A stretch of 64,000 nt of DNA, taken from NCBI GenBank assembly GCA_015233195.1, contig JADFYE010000001.1:3235-67234 (forward strand), given 5' to 3'. Below the pieces are notes generated by a model that had not been told where the DNA came from, did no database searches, and saw only the letters and a program-made list of their open reading frames with translations. Positions 27,361 to 35,343 of the stretch are shown here, piece by piece (position 1 is the first letter of the stretch; the number at the start of each line of letters is the position of its first letter). The translations under genes were made by a program, and so were the position numbers. The stretch is from Candidatus Omnitrophota bacterium. Its GTDB lineage: Bacteria > Omnitrophota > Gorgyraeia > Zapsychrales > Zapsychraceae.

Positions 27361-27902
27361 ATCTTATGCGAAGATTGAACCAACGGGAAAAAGCGATATT
27401 TAGTATTTGTTTAGTTTTGGCGTTAGTCTATGCCGGATATAATCTTGTTTTTAAACCTTTGGAAGCTCGTAAAGAACAAGTTAGCGACGCGATTACTGTT
27501 CAGACTAAACGTTTGCATAAAAATATTAAAAGTTTGCAGGAGAGCGCTGATTCCGATGATAAATATGGAAAGTTAGTTGAGCAATATAAACAAAAAGTCG
27601 GCAATGAACAGGTTATGTCTGAGATGATCACTGATATTCAAGCTGAGTCAAAACAAATGAGCCTGAATATTGCAGATTTAAAACCGCAAAAGGAACGTAT
27701 AGACGGGCAGTTTACCCAATTTTCGGTTTCTTTAACTTTGGATAGTTCATTTGCAGATATGGTTAAATTTTTAGAAGTTTTGCAGGATGAAAAAAATAAT
27801 TTTGAGGTAGACGAGATATCTTTTGAAAAAGGAAATTCCAGAACCAACTCTTTGTTACGGGTTAGATTGGTTTTGAGCCGGATATTTATTACACAAGAAT
27901 AA
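27357..27902 (+). CDS. PilO/GspM/MshJ-like inner-membrane assembly protein
   Basis: 181 aa. N-terminal TM helix (AIFSICLVLALVYAGYNLVF), a coiled-coil segment, then an alpha/beta C-terminal domain. Position after the PilMN fusion. GTG start, with an alternative ATG at 27366. Confidence 0.45.
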   Translation: MNLMRRLNQREKAIFSICLVLALVYAGYNLVFKPLEARKEQVSDAITVQTKRLHKNIKSLQESADSDDKYGKLVEQYKQKVGNEQVMSEMITDIQAESKQMSLNIADLKPQKERIDGQFTQFSVSLTLDSSFADMVKFLEVLQDEKNNFEVDEISFEKGNSRTNSLLRVRLVLSRIFITQE

Positions 27903-27912
27903 TAAATAAATT

Positions 27913-28737
27913 ATGAGTTATTATACATCCATACAATTGAATAAAGAGCCGTTCTCGACGAGTCCGGATCCTGGTTTTTTTTATAGATCTACAGAGCATC
28001 TAACTGCTTTGAATCGTTTGGAAATCGCGGTACGTCTTCGTAGAGGGATGAGTTTAATTCTGGGTGATGTGGGTACTGGAAAAACTACTTTGTCCAGAGC
28101 GTTATTCCAGGCTTTTGAAATGGATCCGGATTATGAGTTTCATATGATTTTAAATCCTTCATTTGAAAATGAAAATTCTTTTTTAGTGCATTTAAGCAAA
28201 ATGTTTGGGGTTAGCCCTTTCTTTCGGGGTAGCGGCGACTTTCGTGACGCGATCGAGAAATATTTGTTGCATAAAAATGTGGATGAACAAAAAACTGTAG
28301 TGTTGGTTATCGACGAAGCGCAGAAGCTTAGTCCGGAACAATTGGAGATCCTTAGGACTTTGCTGAATTATGAGACTAATGAATATAAATTTTTACAATT
28401 GGTTTTATTAGGACAATTAGAATTGTGGTCGCAGATTAGGGAGATGGAAAATTTAAAGGATCGGATAAATTTAAAATTTTTGCTGCGGCCGCTGGATGAA
28501 TTTGAGACGGGGAAAATGATCCGCTACCGGCTTCAAGCCGCGGGGTGTGTTGAGCCGAACCTAATGTTTTCTAATGAAGCTGTAAAGTTGATATATGACC
28601 ATACTAATGGTCGTCCTCGCCGGATAAACATGCTTTGTCATATGGCGATGGAGAATTTGGTTATGCAAGACCTGAGGGTGGTTGACGCGGATTTGATTGG
28701 AAAAATAATCGAAGAAGAGAAAAAGTGGGAATGGTGA
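27913..28737 (+). CDS. ExeA/GspA/MshM-like AAA+ ATPase (short form, no peptidoglycan-binding domain)
   Basis: 274 aa. Walker A GDVGTGKTTL, Walker B VVLVIDEAQKL. N-terminal FSTSPDPGFFY, as in the ExeA family. Confidence 0.7.
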   Translation: MSYYTSIQLNKEPFSTSPDPGFFYRSTEHLTALNRLEIAVRLRRGMSLILGDVGTGKTTLSRALFQAFEMDPDYEFHMILNPSFENENSFLVHLSKMFGVSPFFRGSGDFRDAIEKYLLHKNVDEQKTVVLVIDEAQKLSPEQLEILRTLLNYETNEYKFLQLVLLGQLELWSQIREMENLKDRINLKFLLRPLDEFETGKMIRYRLQAAGCVEPNLMFSNEAVKLIYDHTNGRPRRINMLCHMAMENLVMQDLRVVDADLIGKIIEEEKKWEW

Positions 28738-29351
28738 TGGAACAACCAACTACGTCGGAAGAAAAATTATTGCAGCTGATCAGGCAGGATTCGGTCAAAA
28801 AACAGAAAAGGATTGAACAAAAGAAACCTGATCTGATTAAAGCGGTATCGGCTAAGGTAGAAAAAGATATCCCTGGCGGAGCTAGTTGGTTAAGACCTAT
28901 TAATCAGATTTTAATGCTGGGATGTGTGATATTGGCTGGGTTTATAGCATATAAATATTATCAGTTGAAGGGGCAGGAAATTGTGCTTCCGGATATAAAA
29001 GTTAAGAATGTGAAAGTTAAGGCAACTGCTCCAGCAGTGATTGTATCGCCCAAGTCTCATGATTACGTTATAGGTGAGGAAGATGTTTTTGAGTCGCCTT
29101 GGACTAAATCGCAGCCCGGCACAACGGATACTTCAAGCGGAGCTGCAGTTTTAGTTCAGTTTCAGCAGAATTACAAGCTGGCAGGAATAATTCTTGATGA
29201 TCAGCCGCAAGCTATTTTTTTAGATGTGAAAACCAATGAAACATTTTTTGTGAACAAAGGTGAAGCTATCGCCGGAGCGGTAGTAAGAGATATAAAAGAA
29301 GGACGAGTGGTTTTAAATTTTAATGGTACGACATTTGAAATGAATCCGTGA
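28725..29351 (+). CDS. Single-pass membrane protein with PilP/GspC(HR)-like C-terminal beta domain
   Basis: 208 aa. One TM helix (ILMLGCVILAGFIAY). C-terminal YKLAGIILDDQPQAIFLDVKTNETFFVNKGEAIAGAVVRDIKEGRVVLNFNG resembles the secretin-interacting domains of PilP/GspC. Confidence 0.35.
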   Translation: MGMVMEQPTTSEEKLLQLIRQDSVKKQKRIEQKKPDLIKAVSAKVEKDIPGGASWLRPINQILMLGCVILAGFIAYKYYQLKGQEIVLPDIKVKNVKVKATAPAVIVSPKSHDYVIGEEDVFESPWTKSQPGTTDTSSGAAVLVQFQQNYKLAGIILDDQPQAIFLDVKTNETFFVNKGEAIAGAVVRDIKEGRVVLNFNGTTFEMNP

Positions 29352-29416
29352 AAGAAGTTAGAAGATAGAAGTAAAAGAAATATAAAAAAATAAAAACTGT
29401 TAATAGGAAAAACGCT

Positions 29417-31087
29417 ATGAAAAGACGCCCTCTATTTCTGGTATTGATTTTGGTAATGGTTAGTATGGTCTTTGTATATTCGGGTTGGTGCGAGCAGAAT
29501 GATGGTCAACAACAACCACCGGATTGGGCGGCAATGGGATCGCCTGAAGGTATTCCGCCTCCTGAGGCTCCGTCGCAACAAGTCAACCCTGAACAAGGGA
29601 TAGTCCAGACGCAAGAAGGCTCTGCGCAAGTAACTATGCAGGAGGAAAAGCCGGTTAAAGCCAGTTTAGCTAATGCGGAGCGGATGATAGATGTGTTGGA
29701 CTTAAAAGGAGTAGATGTCAATGATGTAATCAAAATGGTTGCTAAGAAAAGCGGATTAAATATTGTTGCTAGCCAGAATGTAAAAGGACAGGTTACAGTT
29801 TATTTGAGAGATATGAAAGTGCTGGAGGTTTTGAAAGTCATAGTTACCTCTTATGGGTGGGCGTTTGTGCAGGAAGATGCGGTGGTAAAAATTATGACTG
29901 CCCAGGAATACGAAGAAAGGTATGGTCGGAAATTTGGGCGTAAATATGAAACCCGGATTAAACAATTGACTTCAGCGAAGGCGTCGGAAGTGGCAGCATT
30001 GCTCAATCAGTTGAAGACTACAGGCGGGTCTGTGATAGCAGACGATAAATCCGGGACTTTAGTTTTGATCGACGATGCTGCCGCGTTAGAGCGGATGGAA
30101 AATGTTATTTTAAAAGCAGATAGACCAGTAGTCTCAAAAGTTTTTAAATTAAGCTATGCTAAGACTGCTGACATAGGACCAAAAATCGAAGCAGCTTTAA
30201 CTCCAGATTTAGGCAAATCTAGGTCGGATGAGCGGTCTAATACTTTGGTGGTTACTGATTCTGAATCCAAGATGAAAGACATTGAACGAATAGTTACAGC
30301 GTTTGACCAGAAAGATAAACAAGTTTTGATTGAGTCAAAAATAATTCAAATCACCTTGAATAATAGCCATCAAATGGGCGTAGATTGGGAAGGCATCGTT
30401 CAAGGATATAAAGGATTGGATTTTAAAAGCAAGTTTAATATTCTTAAAAAAGACACGGATGGGAAGATAACTCAAGGCGGATCACTTAAAGTTGGGACTT
30501 TATCAAATGATGATTATACAGCTTTAATAGAGGCATTGGATACTGTGGGTAGTACGGATGTGCTTTCTAGTCCTCGGATAACAACCGTAAATAATAAAGA
30601 AGCCAAGATTTTGGTAGGTTCGACCGAGCCTTATGTAACCTCTCAGACGACAAACAGCGGTACTGGTCCGGCTACTACTGCAGAAAGTGTGAATTTTATT
30701 GAGGTCGGTATAAAATTATATGTAACGCCTACAATTCATGACGACGGCTTTATTACCATGAAGATCAGACCAGAGATCAGTGAAGTTAAAGATCATTTAC
30801 CGACTGGGTCAGGTAATTCAATTCCGATAGTTCAGACTTCACAAGCTGAAACCAATGTAACGGTAAAGGATGGAGTAACTATAGTTATCGGCGGGCTAAT
30901 GAAAGAATTAGCGACCAATGATGTGAATAAAATACCAGTATTAGGCAGTATTCCATTACTGGGTAGACTGTTTCGTAATGATTCACAGTCTATGGAAAAA
31001 CAGGAAATCGTGCTTTTCTTAAAACCAACTATCATTACCGGGGATTTGGCTGACCAAAAAGAAATGGATAAGTATTTAGACAAATGA
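29417..31087 (+). CDS. gspD: Outer-membrane secretin (GspD/PilQ/MshL family)
   Basis: 556 aa. Signal peptide, a Pro/Gln-rich linker, N-domains, and a C-terminal secretin domain with SSPRITTVNNKEAKILVG and IPVLGSIPLLGRLFR. Confidence 0.85.
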   Translation: MKRRPLFLVLILVMVSMVFVYSGWCEQNDGQQQPPDWAAMGSPEGIPPPEAPSQQVNPEQGIVQTQEGSAQVTMQEEKPVKASLANAERMIDVLDLKGVDVNDVIKMVAKKSGLNIVASQNVKGQVTVYLRDMKVLEVLKVIVTSYGWAFVQEDAVVKIMTAQEYEERYGRKFGRKYETRIKQLTSAKASEVAALLNQLKTTGGSVIADDKSGTLVLIDDAAALERMENVILKADRPVVSKVFKLSYAKTADIGPKIEAALTPDLGKSRSDERSNTLVVTDSESKMKDIERIVTAFDQKDKQVLIESKIIQITLNNSHQMGVDWEGIVQGYKGLDFKSKFNILKKDTDGKITQGGSLKVGTLSNDDYTALIEALDTVGSTDVLSSPRITTVNNKEAKILVGSTEPYVTSQTTNSGTGPATTAESVNFIEVGIKLYVTPTIHDDGFITMKIRPEISEVKDHLPTGSGNSIPIVQTSQAETNVTVKDGVTIVIGGLMKELATNDVNKIPVLGSIPLLGRLFRNDSQSMEKQEIVLFLKPTIITGDLADQKEMDKYLDK

Positions 31088-31620
31088 GAAAATTAGTTCA
31101 TGCAGAGATTGTTACGCGGCAAAAAATTTTAAACGCTGAGCCGCGTTTGCCTTTTTCAATTTTGTTGGATAATATTCGCAGTCTGTATAATGTAGGCGCT
31201 GTGTTTAGGATCGCTGATGGGTCTGGAGTTGAAAAGGTTTGGTTGTGCGGCATAACTGGTTATCCGCCGGACAGTCAAATTAATAAGACAGCTTTAGGCT
31301 CTGAGCAAAGTGTGGCGTGGGAACATCGTAAAAGCGTGATCGATACGGTTAAAGAGTTAAAGTCAAACGGGTATCAGATCATCCTCTTAGAACAATGCGC
31401 GGATAGTATATCTTATTTTGATTTTAAACTAAAACCTCCGGTCTGCTTGGTGGTAGGAAATGAAATCGGAGGCGTTTCAGAAGATCTGGCTGCTTTGGCA
31501 GATGCAGCAGTTGATATTAAGATGGCAGGTATTAAAAACTCGTTGAACGCGTCGGTAGCGTGTGGAGTGGTAGTATTCCATTTTCGCGAACAATTAATGC
31601 GGAGTCAGAAACGTGTCTAA
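31084..31620 (+). CDS. SpoU/TrmH-family RNA 2'-O-methyltransferase
   Basis: 178 aa. NIRSLYNVGAVFRIADGSG, LVVGNEIGGVS and IKNSLNASVACGVVVF (SPOUT motifs 1-3). Confidence 0.7.
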   Translation: MRKLVHAEIVTRQKILNAEPRLPFSILLDNIRSLYNVGAVFRIADGSGVEKVWLCGITGYPPDSQINKTALGSEQSVAWEHRKSVIDTVKELKSNGYQIILLEQCADSISYFDFKLKPPVCLVVGNEIGGVSEDLAALADAAVDIKMAGIKNSLNASVACGVVVFHFREQLMRSQKRV

Positions 31621-31978
31621 AAAAATATTAGTGGTAGATGATGATCCAGTAGTTTTGAAATTGGTGTCATCTAGTCTGATTAAAGAAGGATACGAAGTTG
31701 TTGAAGTGCGAGATGGGCTGGATGCAATGCGGAGTATTACCGACGATCATCCGGACATGTTGGTTTTGGATATTATGTTACCTGAAATAAACGGGTATGA
31801 CATTTGTTATAACTTGCGTTTTGACGATAAATTCCCGAAGTTACCGGTAGTTATAATTACTTCTAGAGAGCACGATTTGGATGAGGCTATTGCTAGCAGG
31901 GTAAATATTACGGTAGTGCAAAAACCTATTGATATGAAATTATTGCTGGAAAAAATTCATCTGATGCTTTCGTTGTGA
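31613..31978 (+). CDS. Stand-alone response-regulator receiver domain (CheY-like)
   Basis: 121 aa. ILVVDDD, phospho-acceptor context MLVLDIMLPEINGYD, and a conserved T/S and K (VVIITSREH...QKP). Confidence 0.85.
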   Translation: MSKKILVVDDDPVVLKLVSSSLIKEGYEVVEVRDGLDAMRSITDDHPDMLVLDIMLPEINGYDICYNLRFDDKFPKLPVVIITSREHDLDEAIASRVNITVVQKPIDMKLLLEKIHLMLSL

Positions 31979-31985
31979 GAAAAAT

Positions 31986-32711
31986 ATGATTCAATTAAAA
32001 AGTGTTAATAAACAATTCGGCGCTATATCAGCGCTTAAGAATATTGATCTTCATATCGGACCTGGAGAGATCGTTGGATTTTTGGGGCATAATGGTGCAG
32101 GTAAGACCACGCTCATGCGCATCATTACAACTTATTTACCGGTAACTTCTGGTCGAGTTATGATAGACGGAAAAGATGTGTTAAAGTCTTCTTTGGCAAT
32201 ACGCGCTAAGCTTGGGTATTTGCCAGAACGCCCGCCTTTATATCTTAATATGACTGTAAAAGGATTTTTAAGTTTTGCCGCGCATTTAAAAAATGTTCCT
32301 TTCCGCGAAGTCGGAAAAGCGGTTGACCGGGTTTGTGAAGAATGCTGGTTAACTAAAGTTAAAGGCAGGATCATCGGGACTTTATCAAAAGGATATCAGC
32401 AGCGGGTCGGGATAGCGCAGGCTATAATAAATGATCCGGCGTTATTGATTCTCGACGAGCCGACCAGTGGATTGGATCCGCTGCAAGTGGTGCAGGTCAG
32501 AGAATTGATAAAACGGTGTGAACATCAAAGAACAGTTATAGTGAGCACGCATATTTTATCTGAGATTGAGAATTTAGTTTCCCGGGTGGTAATAGTGAAG
32601 CAGGGAGAAATTGCTGCGGATGCTCCCTTGGTAGAGCTTTTGTATAATAGTCAGTCCAAAAATTTAGAAGAAGCATTTTTAAAATTACATCCAGTATATG
32701 AGAAAAATTAA
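31986..32711 (+). CDS. ABC transporter ATP-binding protein (ABC-2/GldA-like)
   Basis: Walker A GHNGAGKTT, signature LSKGYQQR, Walker B LLILDEPTSGLD. Confidence 0.85.
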   Translation: MIQLKSVNKQFGAISALKNIDLHIGPGEIVGFLGHNGAGKTTLMRIITTYLPVTSGRVMIDGKDVLKSSLAIRAKLGYLPERPPLYLNMTVKGFLSFAAHLKNVPFREVGKAVDRVCEECWLTKVKGRIIGTLSKGYQQRVGIAQAIINDPALLILDEPTSGLDPLQVVQVRELIKRCEHQRTVIVSTHILSEIENLVSRVVIVKQGEIAADAPLVELLYNSQSKNLEEAFLKLHPVYEKN

Positions 32712-33399
32712 CGCGATAGCGTTTAAAGAATTAACTGCTTTGTTTGGATCGCCGCTGGCGTATGTGGTTTTATTTTTATCTACTGCGGTATTTAATATTT
32801 TCTTTTTTATGATCATTGACCAGAATCGCGAAGCGCATTTAAAAGATATTTTTACAGTAATGGAATTTTTGCTGGTGTTTTTTGTGCCGATTTTCACTAT
32901 GAAAAGTTTTGCCGAAGAGAATGCGTCGGGCACCATGGAGTTTTTATTGACTGCGCCGGTACGTAAGATTGAAATAGTATTAGGTAAGTTTGCGGGTATT
33001 AAAATTTTTCTGTTCTGCGTTATTGCGCCTACCTTTGTCTATTATTTTATATTTAGTCATTTTGCTGATTTTGATAAGGTAACAGCTTTGTGGGGGTATC
33101 TTGGCATTTGGCTGGAGGTAAATTTTTTTGCGGCGATAGGGTTGTTTATTTCTTCGTTGTGCCGCAGTCAAGTAGTAGCTGCTATGAGTACGTATGTAAT
33201 TTTGTTTATTTTATATTTTTCAATGAGTTTTAAAATGTATGTTGAGGGGAAACTTAATGTTCTGGTTTCATATATCGCGGTTATGTCTCATTCTGAGAAT
33301 TTTTTCACCGGAATATTTTTGTTATCCGACGTGGTTTATTTTTTAAGCGGTATCATATTTTTTCTTTTATTAACCAGGCTAATGTTAAATCGACAATGA
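32698..33399 (+). CDS. ABC-2 type permease (GldF-like)
   Basis: 233 aa with six hydrophobic spans. Overlaps the ATPase gene by 14 nt. Confidence 0.65.
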   Translation: MRKINAIAFKELTALFGSPLAYVVLFLSTAVFNIFFFMIIDQNREAHLKDIFTVMEFLLVFFVPIFTMKSFAEENASGTMEFLLTAPVRKIEIVLGKFAGIKIFLFCVIAPTFVYYFIFSHFADFDKVTALWGYLGIWLEVNFFAAIGLFISSLCRSQVVAAMSTYVILFILYFSMSFKMYVEGKLNVLVSYIAVMSHSENFFTGIFLLSDVVYFLSGIIFFLLLTRLMLNRQ

Positions 33400-34961
33400 A
33401 ACGCGCGCTGTTATTAGGATTAAGTTACATATTATTAGCGACCGGGCTGGGATATTGGTATGTATCAGGCGTTTGGTCTTGGCTGGTTTTGTTAGTGCTA
33501 ATTTTGGGAGCGGGATCATTGTTGGCTTTAGGGGCAGCAACTATTAAAGCTCGGCAGCTCAGTAAATCCAGGACTAAAGGAAATTGGGCGGCGGTTAGCA
33601 TAGTAATATTATTAAGCTGTGCTTTGGCAGGTATTAATTGGTCAGCTAGAGTTATGAATGTGCGTAAAGATCTTACCCGGGCGCATCAGCATTCTTTGAC
33701 AAAATTCACCTCTGACTTTTTAGTAACTGTTAATGAGAAAATCAAGATCACTGTTCTTTTTGTGGGGCTTCCGCCGAAATATATCGAGGACAGGCTTAAA
33801 GAATACGAGAGGGCTGGACGAGGTTTTGTTTCTACTGAGATAGTTGATCCTCTGGTCGATCTAAGTTACGCTGCGCAATTTGGTAATACCATAAAAGGCG
33901 ATGAAAAAAAAGTTATTGTAAGTTCAAAGCTTCAGAAAAAAATATTTGATCTGTCTGGTGAAGAAGATTTGACTGAGGAGCGCTTGACTAACGCAATGAT
34001 ACAAGTCAGCCGTCCGGTAAAGACTGTATATTTTTTAGGCGGACATCAGGAGTATAATCCGGATAAACTGGGAGAGGATGGTTACAGTAAATTTAAAGAC
34101 GCGTTAAAACTTAATAGTTTTAATGTTAAACCTTTGTTATTAGGCATAGATCAGGCGAGCGTACCGGATGATTGTGATGTTTTAGTGATCGCTGGACCCA
34201 AAGAATTTTTTTCGGATAAAGAAGAAAAATCTATTCAAGAATATCTTAATCGCGGCGGTGATGCTTTCATAATGGTTGAACAAGTTTTGGTAAGCACTAA
34301 AGACAAGCCTTTAACCGCGGAACAGCTTAAAAAAAATCCTTCGTTAAATTCTTTATTGAATCCGTGGGGAGTAAAAGTTGGGGATGATATTGTGGTCGAC
34401 CTAACCAATCATGCCAGCGGCGATGTGGGAAGCCCTGCTACCCGTAGATATATGAGTCATCCCGGTATAATTCATGATCTTGATTATACTTTTTATTTAC
34501 GCCCCAGGTCGATATTACCAATAACTCCAGCCCGTCAGGGAATAAAAACTTCACCGTTGATGTTAACTATGTCAGCTGATCAAAGTTGGGGTGAAACTGA
34601 CCGGTATTTAAAAGTTAAACTTGATCCAGAAGATCAGCACGGACCAGTGCCGATAGCTTTTGTCATATGGGAGCCTAAAAATGAAAATAAAAAATCTGAT
34701 ACTCGGATAGTAGTGTTTACAGACGCTGATTTCTTGTCAGATCCATATATTGGTTATTATAGCAATATGCAAATGGGTTTAAATGTTGTAAATTGGCTGG
34801 CTGAAGTGCCGTATCAAACATTTTATGATAAACAAGCAGTTGATAAAGTTCCTCGGGCAGATCTTACCAGTGAACAAAAGAAAAAAATTAATTTGGTTTT
34901 GATTGCTATTCCATTTTTTATAATAGTTTTTGGCGTGATGTCAAAAATGGTAAGGGAATAG
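33396..34961 (+). CDS. GldG-like ABC-transport auxiliary component
   Basis: 521 aa. N- and C-terminal TM helices flank a large periplasmic domain (VYFLGGHQEY, VLVIAGP, VVFTDADFLSD), as in the GldG/ABC_transp_aux family. 4-nt overlap with the permease. Confidence 0.65.
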   Translation: MKRALLLGLSYILLATGLGYWYVSGVWSWLVLLVLILGAGSLLALGAATIKARQLSKSRTKGNWAAVSIVILLSCALAGINWSARVMNVRKDLTRAHQHSLTKFTSDFLVTVNEKIKITVLFVGLPPKYIEDRLKEYERAGRGFVSTEIVDPLVDLSYAAQFGNTIKGDEKKVIVSSKLQKKIFDLSGEEDLTEERLTNAMIQVSRPVKTVYFLGGHQEYNPDKLGEDGYSKFKDALKLNSFNVKPLLLGIDQASVPDDCDVLVIAGPKEFFSDKEEKSIQEYLNRGGDAFIMVEQVLVSTKDKPLTAEQLKKNPSLNSLLNPWGVKVGDDIVVDLTNHASGDVGSPATRRYMSHPGIIHDLDYTFYLRPRSILPITPARQGIKTSPLMLTMSADQSWGETDRYLKVKLDPEDQHGPVPIAFVIWEPKNENKKSDTRIVVFTDADFLSDPYIGYYSNMQMGLNVVNWLAEVPYQTFYDKQAVDKVPRADLTSEQKKKINLVLIAIPFFIIVFGVMSKMVRE

Positions 34962-34990
34962 TCGTAGGGGAGGGTTTCCAACCCTCCCGA
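34962..34990. repeat. 29-bp hairpin repeat, left copy (flanks the MazG-like gene)
   Basis: tcgtaggggagggtttccaaccctcccga is the exact reverse complement of 35311-35339. It has an internal 9-bp stem gggagggtt/aaccctccc and is followed by a T-rich run on the + strand. Confidence 0.9.
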
Positions 34991-34992
34991 TA

Positions 34993-35292
34993 TTATTTTT
35001 TTAATTCAATCAACGATTTCAATTTTTTCTCGTATCTTCCAAAGCATTCCACAATAACTTCATCAATTTCCGTGCGGTTTTCCAGCAGCAATTCAAAGCA
35101 TAAGATTATTAAATCACCGGTCTCAATTAAGAAATGTTTATTTTTTGCTGCGGCTAATTCTTCAATTTCATCAATGTGCTCACGCATTAATTGTAAAAGT
35201 TTTTTTTGATGCGCGCCTTTAGTCTTACCGTTATATTGACGAGATAATTGGTGGATGGCTTTAATACGGGCTAAAGATTTGTTTTTTATCAT
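34993..35292 (-). CDS. MazG-like nucleotide pyrophosphohydrolase domain protein (small, all-alpha)
   Basis: 99 aa. EHIDEIEELAAA and ETGDLIILCFELL resemble the ExxE / ExxD metal-binding helices of the MazG/all-alpha NTP-PPase family. Confidence 0.5.
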   Translation of the reverse strand: MIKNKSLARIKAIHQLSRQYNGKTKGAHQKKLLQLMREHIDEIEELAAAKNKHFLIETGDLIILCFELLLENRTEIDEVIVECFGRYEKKLKSLIELKK

Positions 35293-35310
35293 TTATATTT
35301 ATAATTTTAA

Positions 35311-35339
35311 TCGGGAGGGTTGGAAACCCTCCCCTACGA
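35311..35339. repeat. 29-bp hairpin repeat, right copy (inverted)
   Basis: tcgggagggttggaaaccctcccctacga is the reverse complement of 34962-34990 (29/29). Confidence 0.9.
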
Positions 35340-35343
35340 AAGA

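Noticed and set aside
29353-29380. Purine-rich heptamer repeats (agaagtt agaagat agaagta aaagaaa) between the gspC-like gene and the secretin gene.
   Set aside because: There are only 3-4 degenerate units. It is probably just an A/G-rich spacer or extended SD region, too weak to call a feature.
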